From assembly GCF_009914755.1 (NCBI RefSeq), contig NC_060925.1: a DNA stretch of 64,000 bases. One strand, given 5' to 3'. Below the pieces are notes generated by a model. The model made no database searches, was not told the origin of the DNA, and saw only the letters and a list, made by a program, of their open reading frames with translations. The stretch's first letter is position 1. Each line of letters begins with the position of its first letter. The stretch is from the human T2T-CHM13v2.0 reference genome, Homo sapiens. This document shows positions 1 through 12,405 of the stretch, in pieces. The position numbers and the translations under genes are program-made.

Positions 1-2166
1 AAGGAACTATGTTTAGAAGAAAAAGTAAAAAAGACAACCTCTGCCTGCTACCTGCTGAAATACTCTCATCTGTACAGAATTCTAGGAGAATGTCTGCCCA
101 TCCTATACAGATTTATGAATAAGCTTCTTTATTACCAGATATCTTTCCTTCTTGAGGATGACAGAAACCTACAGCTGTCAATAGCTAATAAGGTTAGTTT
201 TCCTGCATCACAATCCACTCTACAGTGTGTTTTCCTTGTAAAATCCCAAGAGAAAGAAAAAACAAAAGCATAAGATACATATCTGCAGCCGACTGCAGTG
301 AAGCTGTCAAATATCCAATCTGATATGTCCCTATCTCATGTCTGAATTAACTCATACAGTTCTGAGGCATTTCTGTCTGTCAAGGTGAGGCCATAAAAAC
401 GTGCCACACTTATCACCCCTTTCAACTCCTATTATCCCAATGTGCATGCAGTCTGGCTTATTCCGATTTGCATTTCTTGATTAGATACAACCTACAGCAT
501 TACTTCTGAAAACCCCAGCCCCTAATGATGGAGAATTAGAGACCCTGAAAGATGATCCATCCATCAAGTCACTGAATACTTATAGTCCAGGAAATTTTTT
601 ATTGTACCAAAACTTATGCATATTCTGAGTCCCATAGAGAGAGACAGGCTGACTTTTGCTATTTCTTTTTGAATTTTGTATTATAACAATGAGAAGTCTT
701 AAGAGTGCTTGTCGTTGCCTTAGTTTTCTCCCCTGTGTAGAGACTATAATGAAAGAATCGCTTCTACATGCAACACATTTCCCTCAAATATCTTACCTCT
801 TGGTCACAGATTCATGTTTTCTATACTAGTGCAAAAGAAAGTCATGGCCTACACTAGCTCATGATCTTTTAAGAACAGAAATCATCATGAACATTCCTAT
901 CACCATGAATTTATTTAAAGAAATGTTGGAATTGTAGCACATGACATTTCTCCTGCAGTTCAAATCCAGTTGGGAAAAAAATCATCCTGTAGAGAATATA
1001 TAAATGAAAAACATAAAACATAATCATCCTTATGAAATAAATTGGCTTCAATCTAATTATGATTAAATGTCTCTGTATCATCAGTGGCAGTCCAGTTGCC
1101 ATGTGAAATAGAGAAATAAAACTGGCAAAACTCACGGTGACCTCTCAGTTTAAGCTCAAAGTACACTAAGGTATCAAAAAGACCACAAAGAATGTGTCCC
1201 AAAGTCTCCTTTATGAAGACTTCACAGAGGCCCTTCACTAATCTCCTGGGAACTGCATTCAATATTAAAATATGTCCAAAATATGGTGACTCCCTCAGGG
1301 TGCTTACAGTTTTAAGAGGAAAACTTGCGCATGTAAAGTAACTAGATAATTACAAAGCAATGTGTAATGATAATTTGATGTTTTACATGTGCCCTTTATG
1401 TTTAGGGGAAATGGAACATAAGCGTGTACACAATGTCATAGGAAGAAAAGAGTTTTGGGTCCCACTTGAGAAAATGATAGAAATAAGTGGGTGAAGAGGA
1501 GGAGAAAGGAACAGAGATGAGAATGATGGTAACGTAAGAAAAAGATAAAGTAATAAAATATGAGCTGGGGCATGTCAATCAGGTTCCGTATTTTAATAAC
1601 AGCCAGGCATCAAACTAACCACTGGTAAGGACACAAAGTTACATGCCAAAAGTCACAGAGATGATTCAGAGATCATCAGAGACAGATCCTTTATATATGT
1701 ATAAAATATAGTATAATAATACACTTATAATGTCTATATAATGTGTTACAATAACGCCATAGAAGTGCTATAACAGCATTGGACCCATTATGGATATAGG
1801 GACACAAAAAGAACAGATTTTATGCCAGGAAAATACCGAATAGAGAGGCAATATGCTCAGAAAAAAATGTGGAAGAAAGCAGCTTATCAATTCACAAGTG
1901 ATTTGATAAAAATTCTTAAAATTTTAAAGAGAATTTACCACTTCAGAAGGCTCGTCTATGATTTCTTCAATGATAATGGTCGCTCAATCTATTTGCACGT
2001 TAGCATTACTTGTGGAGATTTACATACTATCAGTCAATATCTCAGGTACAAGTATTGGTAAGTTTTAAGTGTTTCCCGGGTATTCGTTACGTGTAGCAGA
2101 AGTGGAGAATATTGCATCGAATGATGAACCAATGAGGTAAGTAGAGCAGGTAACACTTACTATATT

Positions 2167-3740
2167 CATTGGTACGTGTGAGTTGAATAGGCGAGGAGTG
2201 TCCCACTCCCACCATGGACCTTTAGAGTCCTGGCAGCAGGAAACCCCACAATCCGCATGGACACTTTAGGTGGCAGGTAGAACTGCTTAGAGAGCTGTAG
2301 GTGTGGGACTCCAGCCTGGGCAGAGCCCAGAGTGTTTGATGCAGGAACATCTGCAGTGGAGCACAGCCAGAACACCTATCCACCAAGGCTCACCATGATC
2401 CCGTAGGAGACTTTGGCCGCAAGGTGTCTGTCAGACCTGGACAGAGCAGGGTGGCCTTGCCTATGAGATGAGACCAGTCATATCTGAGCTCCCCTCCTAT
2501 CTGCTGGCCTTTCCAAGAACTCCAGCCTGGCCACAACCACTGGCAGTGCAGCATCAGATTCTCAACAAAGTCTCTTCCTGGGTGCCCTCATTATAGCTCC
2601 TTCATCGGAAGACCACTCCTGACCATTGGAGAGCTCCAGCAGAGCAACGTCCACTGATGTGCACCAGGCCACCCACATCCTGCCTGTACCACCGCCTCCC
2701 TCATGCTGCTGAAAGGCACTAAAAGCAATTACAACAAAAACAAAAATTAACAAATGGCACCTAATTAAGTTAAACAGCACTTGCACAGCAAAATCAACTA
2801 TCAACAGAGTAAACAGACAACCTGCAGAATGGGAGAAAATATTTGTAAACTATACGTCCAACAAAGGTCTAATATCCAGAATCTATAAGGAACTTAAGCA
2901 AATTAACAGGCAAAAATCAAACAACCCCATTAAAAAGTGGGCAAAGGACATCAACAGTTTTCAAAAATAGACATACATGTGACCAATAAGCATGTGAAAC
3001 AATGCTCAACATCACTAATCATTAGAGAAATGCAAATCAAAACTACAATGAGATACCATCTCACATCAGTCAGAATGGCTGTTATTAAAAAGTCAAAAGT
3101 AACAGATGCTGGTGAGGTTGCAGAGAAAATAAAACTCTTATACACTGCTGGCTGGAATGTAAATATTTCAACCACTGTGGAAAGCAGTTTGGCGATTTCT
3201 CAAAGCTCAAAAAAGAATTGCCATTTGACCCAGCAATCTCTGATTGGGTATACACATAAAGAAATAGAAATTGTTCTGCCATAAAGACACATGTACACAT
3301 ATATTAATCGCAGCACTCTTCACAACAGCAATGGCATGAAATCAACCTAAATGCCTATCAGCGTTAGACTGGATAAAGAATACTACATAGCCATTAAAAA
3401 GAATAAGATCATGTCCTTTGCAGAGTCATGGATTGGAGCTGGTGGACATTATCCTAAGCAAACTAATGCAGAAACAGAAAACCAAATACTGCATGTTCTC
3501 ATTTATAAGTGGGAGCTAAACATTGAGTATACATGGACATAAAGAAGGGAACAGCATACACTTGGGCCTACTTGAGGCTGGAGATTGGGAGGAGGGAAAG
3601 GATTGAGAAACTACCTATTAGGTACTATGCTTATTATCTGAGTGACAAAATCATCTGTATACAAATCCCTGCGATATGCAATTTACCTATCTAGCAAACC
3701 TACACATGTATCCCTGAACCTAAAATAAAAGTTTTTAAAA
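2167..3740 (+). mobile_element. Old primate LINE-1 (L1PA15/16-like): 5'UTR segment joined to ORF2 3' end and 3'UTR
   Basis: 2716-3510 matches the ORF2 C-terminus (ORF track [24 protein letters not shown]). The 3'UTR ends ...tatccctgaacctaaaataaaagtt. 2167-2710 is GC-rich and resembles an old L1P 5'UTR. 5' boundary approximate. Confidence 0.85.
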
Positions 3741-4987
3741 AGGTAAAAATGGCTGACATAAGGTCGCATGGCTGGATAATGGTAGATCCTGACATGGAGT
3801 CTCCACCTATGCTCTTAGAAGGAGTTTACACTGCTTTCTTTTTACTGCTTTCTTATATTAGAAACATTCTGAATAGCTGGACAACTTGCAAAAATGGTCT
3901 TTGAGGTACATGAATCTACTTCCTGTGAGCAGTGCTGAGTAAAAAGAGCCTGAAAGCCTGTCACTTAGGAATATACTACAATATCTTGGATACTAGGGGA
4001 TGCTGGAGATGTGTGCAGGCATAATTCATAAACGACGATATGCATTGACCAGATAGCAATGTGAAGTCAGGTTTACATCTTCAAATTTGAGGCATTTTCC
4101 AAAACCTAGAAAATTAAAAGCCTACTTTTACAGTCTATTTATATATCTTTAGACTCATAATTATTCTAATCAGTGGTCAGCTTCAACTTACTGGTGATGG
4201 CTATGCAAATCAAACCTGAAAGCACAACTGTAGGTCAATGAATTGTAATTAAGTTTGAAACATTTCTACCTTGTGAAGAAAATGCAATACCTTCCAGTTG
4301 ATTAGATACCTGGAAATGTCTGTTAGATAAAAATTCTGTCTCATAAATCACTGAGAAAAGAATGAGTCACAATTACTTGCAGAAATATTGCTTAATCTCA
4401 ACACTTGTGTGTGCATTATTAATTAATAACATACATTGCTCATAAACTACTTTTAATGCTTGTTATCAAGTACAACAGTTGACCTTGAATAGATTCATCT
4501 TTTATGAATTGCCAAATGGCAATATTCTTCTAGATGTAAATGAATTTGACAGATAAAAGGATTATATTTGTGTGTTTACTCTTAAATTTCTGAAAAATTT
4601 GAAGATTTATGCTATGGTTTTATGAAGAAATTCTTTATACTGGTAAGGACTGAATTGATTTAATATGAAAACCCATGCTGGAAAAGGATTACCCTTCAGC
4701 TCAGAATTTAGTTCCCGATAGAATTAATAAAGAATGTGTTATGAAAGAGAACTGGTTGACCTCCTTGTTATTAACTTGAATTTACTCATAGCTTCTTTTA
4801 GAAAATTGTTATGGAGCTATGATATAAAATCTAAGATTTGAAATACATAATTATATTTGCCAGTATGTAGCTACTTTTTATTATTATTTCGAATGTGTGT
4901 AAGTATTTGGGTAATGAGTTCTTTTACCATAAGTTTGTTACCTGCAGTGTAAAGCAGTGCTTCTATTTATTTGAAATGTTTGAAATG

Positions 4988-5319
<332 letters not shown>

Positions 5320-5629
5320 TTATGAGTGCTAACAGTTAGTCACTTGTTGTATAAAGACAGATATGCAACAGAAATACCCTACATAAAGCAAGTTCAGAAA
5401 ATGACATTGAGCAAAACCTGCAAGAAAAAAAAGCAGCCAAAAATTGCAGCTCTCTACAACTCTCAAGAAATTAGTTATGAACAGCTGAGTTCTCTATATA
5501 GCTAAAATGTACTCCTTTAAGCTATAAAATTTTCTTTAATAGTTATGAAGTTAATACCTGCAAGAGCCATGCAAGCTAAAGACGACGGCTACTCAGTCTC
5601 AATTATTTGTTTGTGCGTTTTGTTTGTTT

Positions 5630-6270
5630 TTATGCTAAAAGTAGTTACTGAAACATAAGATGCTTACAGCAAAATATAGAACTCTTAAGTGTATAGCTTG
5701 ATTAATATTTACAAATGTATATAACTATCACTTGGATCGAAATAAAGAATATTCCCATTTGCCCACAAATTTTACTTCCCAGTCAATTCCCCTGCCTCCT
5801 CCCCTACCCCAACAACTGCTATTCTGATTTCTAGTATCATAAAATCAATTTTTTTGTTCTTAAACTTTATTTATAAAGAAATCATGTACTTTTTTTGCCT
5901 GGACTCTTTTGTCCCATTATAATATTTTTAAGATCTATCAATGTTGTATCAATAATTTTTGTTTCAAAAGTAAAATTGTTTTATAAGACAATAAGCAATA
6001 CTGTTAGGTAGTATTCTCTGTATGGCTATAACAGTTTGTTAAACCATTCTTCTGTTAATCAATGTCTAGGTTGCTTTCAGTTTGAGGCTACTATGATTAA
6101 AGTTGCAATGAGTATTTTTGTGGATATGTACATCTATTTCTCTTGGTTAAATTAGGAGTGGAATTTCTGGGTCATGCTTTAGATGTATATTTAACTTTAT
6201 GAAACACAGTCAAGCAGTTTTCCAAAATGATGACATGTTTATTCCAAATAATAATGTATGAGAGTTCTTA
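5630..6270 (-). mobile_element. Ancient L1M (L1MC-ME type) 3' fragment
   Basis: Degenerate antisense L1 motifs, e.g. ggttgctttcagtttgaggctactatgattaaagttgcaatgag and ggagtggaatttctgggtcat. Boundaries approximate. Confidence 0.7.
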
Positions 6271-7740
6271 TATATTTGAATGTTGAAAAGTGAGAATATG
6301 GGTTCATTATTACCATATCTTCTAATTGTTCCAAGAAATCCAGAAATTCCAATTTATAGGTGAAAGTTACTGATTTTTAAATACTAGTGAGTAATGCATT
6401 GTTCTAATAAAGTGACCTAAGCAGATATATTAACCAGCCAGAATCTTCCCACGGCCACCGATTTGATAATTTTGGTGCATTACATACTTCCTTAACTTCT
6501 TAAATAAAGTAATCTTATCAGATTGAATATTTCTTGACAATTCAGGCTACTTATAAATATTAATTATTATTCCATATTTTTATAACTTTGTATGTTGTTG
6601 GAATCTATTGAGGTACAAAAGGTCTTTCTCAATACAAGTAATCCCCATCATCCACGAATTTATTCTTTTACATCACTTTTGCCTTTTATAATTTTTCTGT
6701 CTCCTTTGTTGTCATTAAGCCATTAGCTATATTCTTGATGATAGACATATGGTCATTCTTCCCATTTCTAATTTACTGCAAAAATATCATTTATATGAAT
6801 CCAGATAATGACTTTTTCTTAAAGAACTACGTGTAAAATATGGACAAATAAACTTTGAGTGAAGGCCTAAAAAATACCTCTAAATTAAAGTGGGAAAATT
6901 TAGGATATAGATTTTGTGACATCTAATTTTCTGCTTATAAAGGCCTATTTGTTTTCTTGTACTAAGCCAAGTTAGCATAAGCTAAAGAAGGGAGTTAGCA
7001 AGAGAGCTAAATTTTTAGATAGCTACAGTGTTAGTTGTATCAATGAGGGATTTCAAACAAGGACAAAGATATAAATAAGGGATTAATAGGCAGAAGTGAT
7101 ATGATGTTCCATAATGTAAGTTTCTTCAGAAAAAAATAAGCGTTTCCATGTTAGCCTTTCATTATACAACAGTTGTATTTTATGATATTTATCGTGAATA
7201 TTTATAAACCGAGGCTGATAGAAACAATTGGTTCTCAAATGATGGTTAAATATTTTTTGGGAATGCAGAAAATACTCCCAATTTCTGGTTTAATTTTGTA
7301 ACAATAATAGCTAACAGCAGTCGAGTGGTTCATGCTTGGCCCCATCTAAGCATTTTATGTGCATTGTTTGATCAGCTTTTCACAACCATTCTACCAGTAT
7401 AGTAATTATCATTAGGCCCATATTCAAACTGAAGAGACTGCAGCTCCAACAAGTTAGTCAATGGACTAAACTCACTCAGGTAATAGGTAGTGGAAAAACA
7501 GGTGGTGGAAGGAAAAATTGAACCCAGAAATTTTCTTCCAATGCCCATTATATTATTCACAAAGTAACATGCTTCTGTGTCTACACCTTTTTTTTTCTAG
7601 GTCAAAATTTTAAGAAAATACTTTAATGGCACATTGCAACGACTTTAATAGCTTGCTATAAATCATTGTCCTGGTTCCCTATGTTCTACTATAAACTGAC
7701 AGAAATCATTACAGAATGAGCAACATATCATGTGTAGGCT

Positions 7741-8057
7741 TTTTGTTGTTGTTGCTGTTGTTTGTTTTTGTTTTTTTTGAGACAAGTTCTCACTCTGTCA
7801 CCCAGGCTGGAGTACAGTGGCACTATCACTGTTCACTATAGCTTTGACCTCCCAGGGCTCACATGATCCCCTAGCTCAGCCTCCCAAATAGCTGGGACTA
7901 AGGTGCATGCCACCATGCCCAGCTAATTTTTGTATTTTTTGTAGAGACAGCGTTCATCATGTTGCTCAGCCTGGTCTCAAACTTCTGAGCTCAGTGATTT
8001 GCCTGCCTTGAACTCCCAAAGTGATAAGATTACAGGTATAAACCACTGTGCCTGGCC
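7741..8057 (-). mobile_element. AluJ-type element
   Basis: T/GTT tail, then gagacaagttctcactctgtcacccaggctggag...ccactgtgcctggcc. Highly diverged. Short flanking repeat taggct(a)tttt. Confidence 0.93.
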
Positions 8058-9819
8058 ATAGGCTATTTTATAAGAAGCCTTTGTAGTAGAGGACAAAATC
8101 GTGAATCCACTGTGCTTGCTTACATAATAGATGCCTTTGAGGTGTTATAAAGAAGACTATAAATGGTCCATTCCATTTATTTCCATAGCCATATTTGCAG
8201 TGTATTCACAAGTAGACACTGACTACGTAAGTTAGTTTGACATCTCACTCAGAAAATCAAGTGATTTGCATCCATAGGTACTTAAAAGAGAACAATTAGC
8301 TTTCAACTAGAAAAAAACTCTGTTTAATTGTACATAGACACAGTACAAGTTGCAGTGTTCCCTCATGTTAAATAATTAATCGCATATCTCTAAAAATGTT
8401 CCACTTACTGTTGTACTGAGAAGGCCTTTCCATGTTTGCTTGCTAGTTCACAAAGTCCTGCCATTCTGGCAGCTATAATTAGGAATGAGTAGGATTTCTA
8501 AATTTGAAATATTATTTGCTTGGCAATTAACATAACTTTTAATACAAATGTGTGAGTGGGTTTGAATATGTTCTTTAAAAAAAAACTCCCACGAGAATTA
8601 TAAAATATAGAATCCTTGAATGTAGACATTCTCCACACTTAATCTTAACTAAACCTCACACCTCTTCTGCTTTTTCTGGAATTGAAAAGGTCAACTAAGA
8701 TGAAGGATGCTCCCTGTTTGGAAAGGCAGCCTCTACTGGGCTTTCTACACCAATCTTGTGTTCAACTAGGCCTTCACAAGAACCTTGCCAAGGGTTTCAT
8801 GACTCATTCAGCAGCTCACTGGGTCACTACAGAGTGCTAAACATTGTACTAGCTTCTTCAAACACAAATATGAGTAAAGAAAATATTCACCTTTCCATAG
8901 TGACTTAACAACTTCTCCCAACAGCTAAAAAGATACTTTAAAATTTACATTATTCTTTTAAAAAGGTAAAATAAAAAGAGTACTACAAATGGGGCATTTT
9001 AGATTCAGATACGAATTTAAGGCACTCTTGTTTAACAGAGTGCATATTAAAGCTTGCCATGATACCTTGAAATAATAATCATTTTTATTTGATTGTATAT
9101 AAGAAACTTTAAATAGCTGTTACAGGGGAAAAGGCTGAATAGGACTAATGATTCTGATAAATAATATCAGATTCAGATAAATAATATCTTTTAACAGAAA
9201 GGCCAGTATTATATATTGTATAGATAAAATATTTGATGCAAGGGGACATCAGGTTAGGAGTCCCATCAGTTTACAAAAATCAAAGTTCATTTTCTGAATA
9301 CTTCTGTTTATATCAGTATAGACATACATAGCAATTGCTATTATTAGAAACAGTCTTTGAGGTTGTTCACGCCTTGACAATATGTTTTGACTAAGCATTC
9401 CGTATTAGGTCTAATTAAGCAAATTTAAGCATATAAATGCTTTCAGTTCCACCAGGAGTTCTTTCAGTGCTTTAAAGACACCCCATTGAGAGAAGATATG
9501 GCCCTCTCCTCCTATCATAAATAAGGTCCCATCAAATCTCCTTTGTGAAAGTCCTAAGCAAATTGTATGTAAGAAATATTATATTTTGCTGCTGTTTCAC
9601 TGGGAGATTAATAGGTTCTCAGTGGGATTGCTCAAGTTTTTTAATGCATTGTATTTTTATACGGGAAACAGATCACAGCCATTGTTCTTCTTAAGGACAA
9701 AACAGAAAGAAAACAGAGTAAGAGTTAACACATACTGGTTTTATAGCATCTAAAAGGAGTAAGTTCCTTATAGGAGCAACTGATAATTACTGGAATGTAT
9801 TATGGAAATTTGTTTCTCT

Positions 9820-10110
9820 GTAGGTGGCAAACTGGTGGCCCGTGGACTGAATCTGGTCATCAGATATATTCCTCTTTGCTTGCACAATATTTTAAAACAT
9901 TGAGACATATCATGTAAAAAATCTGATTTTATGCTTCTCTCAAATGATCTGGTAGCCCTGTGCTCAAGTAACTAGCTGACTACAACCAGCTGGAGATGAG
10001 CATTAGCTGTCCCCTATAGATTGGACATGCTCTCTCCAGTTTACCCTGGTTCCTTTTGATTTCCAATGCCTTATTGTCTGCCTCTCAAAGGCAGCTATAC
10101 TTTCCACTGC
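9820..10110. mobile_element. hAT-Charlie-type MER remnant (MER102-like)
   Basis: Terminal motif ggtggcaaactggtggcccgtggactgaatctgg typical of Charlie-family MER ends. Family assigned from memory. Confidence 0.5.
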
Positions 10111-10261
10111 TGTTTCATCCATCCATTCTAGCTGGTCATGATGTACTAAATTTTTGCTACTGAAGTTTCAAAAATGTATTAATTTTCCCTCCTCCTCAAT
10201 CTTAACAAAATGCAGAGAATGAAGTAGCAACTAGAAAACTCAAAAGTTTTCAATCTCCAAA

Positions 10262-10358
10262 AACAGGAGAAGGAGGAGAGAAAGAGAAGAGGAAGAGGAA
10301 GAGAAAGAGGAAGAGGAAGAAGAAGAAGAACAACAACAACAACAAAAACGACAACAAC
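10262..10358 (+). repeat. GA-rich / (AAC)n low-complexity tract
   Basis: (agagga)n, (aga)n, then (aac)n runs read directly. Confidence 0.9.
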
Positions 10359-11266
10359 ATAGGCAACTCCAAACAGCCCCATATAGTCCAAAATATCTGG
10401 AAAATCGTAAGTTTTAAAATAATCAGTTAGAAGCATTTAGTAAGTGTCTTTGGTAAGTGTCTTTGGCCAACAGCATATGGGTTAAAAAATATTTAATTCA
10501 TTCCTACCTTCATGGTAAGTGCTGGATGCAAATTAATATAATACATGGTGAAATCTTAGAATCCCTTAAGGTCCCATCTTCTTCTTAAGTCCTGTGTTGC
10601 TTTTCAGATGTAATTAGATAATGTCTTGTTTGAAAAAGCAAAAAAATGACACACTTCCAATAAAAAATAATTTCCTGGGGCCATGATGGCTCTGCACTGA
10701 GTAAAACCTGGATCATTCTAGTATTCAAGTTCAGGAAATTGGAAGAAACAGAAACCCAAGCACTGTACCAAAGCCATTTCTGACATCAATGTCTGGAAGA
10801 AGTGATGTACCCAGAGTATTTGAACCAGAGTAGGCCAATTGTTAATACCCCATCCTGTACAGGACAAAATTATAGCACTTATAATCATGCAATGAAAGGA
10901 ATACTGATAATAGCCAATCGAGAAATCAGATGAGAATTTTCTTTTATTGAACTGTATGTAAAATTACACCAGTAAAAACATTTTTTTAAAAATAAAATAA
11001 ATATTACAGCATAAAAAATAAGGAATTAATATTTTAAGGGGAAAATACTTCTATTAGTCTGTAGCAGTAACGGATAATAATGTTGTAATGTTTATTAAGT
11101 ATATTCAATAAAATCAAAATATCTCACAATTTACCACTGATGTAAGATTTTTCTTTATTTATTTTCTACTTTTATTTTTCATTGTTATTATTTTTTTCAT
11201 TTCATATTCATTTTTAATGTGACCTAGGAAATAAACTCTTGTAAATGTCTTCCAAAACCATTTCCT

Positions 11267-11600
11267 TTTTTTGTTGTTGTTGTTTTGTTTTTTTGTTGTT
11301 GTTTTTTTTAATTATACTTTAAGTTTTAGGGTACATTCTCAGCAAACTATCGCAAGGACAAAAAACCAACCACCACATGTTCTCACTCATAGGTGGGAAT
11401 TGAACAATGAGAACACATGGACACAGGAAGGGGAACATCACACACGAGGTCCTGTTGTGGGGTGGGGGGAGGGGGGAGGGATAGCATTTGGAGATATACC
11501 TAATGTTAAATGACGAGTTACTGGGTGCAGCACAGCAACATGATACGTGTATATATGTAACTAACCTGCACGTTGTGCACATGTACCCTAAAACTTAAAG
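11267..11600 (-). mobile_element. Short 5'-inverted L1PA4-like 3'UTR insertion
   Basis: T/GTT tail plus attatactttaagttttagggtacat (antisense L1 terminus), then plus-strand L1 3'UTR at 11337-11600 including the G-tract and aatgttaaatgacgagtta. Confidence 0.93.
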
Positions 11601-11769
11601 CATTTTCTACTTTTAAAACAATGGTTAATAATTTTAAAAGAATAAATTTCATTTTTAGAATACGTTATTCAAATTCCATAAAATATTTAATGTATAGATT
11701 AATATTTGCACTTTCCAAACACATAGAGTAAAATATTACTCTTGTTTGTGCTCTGTTTCACTGTCCTAA

Positions 11770-12200
11770 ATTTTAAACACAAATAAACACTATAAGGGGT
11801 CACGTAGAATAACGAAACTAAAATAGCCCGGCTTCTCTTTCTTTGTTTTGACAGCCAATGTGCCGGTGACTGCCTGCATCCCAACAATGACTCCCACTAC
11901 TCTGTCCCAGCTCCAGCTTTCTACCTCTGTCCTGACAGGAATGCTCCAGTGTGGCTGGAAGGAGAGAGAACCAGAGCAGTATTCCTGGTCAGCGCATTCC
12001 TGTAATGATTCATTCAATCTTGTCTGCTCCCTTGGCTCTTGGGGGAAGGGGCAAGACTGCATGCCTTAGCCCTTCATTCTAGCAGCTAGGAGACTGCATG
12101 AGCAGCAGATTTTCAAATACAGGGGCATTCTCCTGGGCAATAAGCACAGGACATTCCAGACTCCATCCCAAAGCACTTCTAACTCAAGATGACCAAGAAT
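11770..12200. promoter_or_regulatory. Candidate enhancer (motif cluster in non-repeat DNA)
   Basis: TAAACA x2 (11774-11789), CTAAAATAG (11818-11826), AACAATG (11883-11889), TEAD-type GGAATG/CATTCC at 11938, 11995 and 12152. Locally raised GC and CpG. Confidence 0.3.
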
Positions 12201-12269
12201 AGGCTTGGTTGGAAATGGAAAGTTATCTGGTACTAATTGAGCTTCTGAAGTATTCATGCACCCCCTAGA

Positions 12270-12405
12270 ACAACTGCTTCCCAAGCTTTATTGTGCATAT
12301 GAATTATCCGGGGATTCTGATTTAATAAGTCCAGGATGGGGTCCGGGATTTGTATTTCTAACAAGCTCTCAGGTAATGCTGATACTTGCTGGTCTAGAAC
12401 AACCT
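12270..12405. mobile_element. MER5A-like DNA transposon, internally deleted
   Basis: gattctgatttaataagtccaggatggggtccgggatttgtatttctaacaagctctcaggtaatgctgatacttgctggtc matches the MER5A core. Confidence 0.8.

Noticed and set aside
11317-11600. MITE/DNA transposon with 20-bp terminal inverted repeats
   Set aside because: The repeats and interior are L1 3'UTR sequence with a poly(A) tail, consistent with twin priming.
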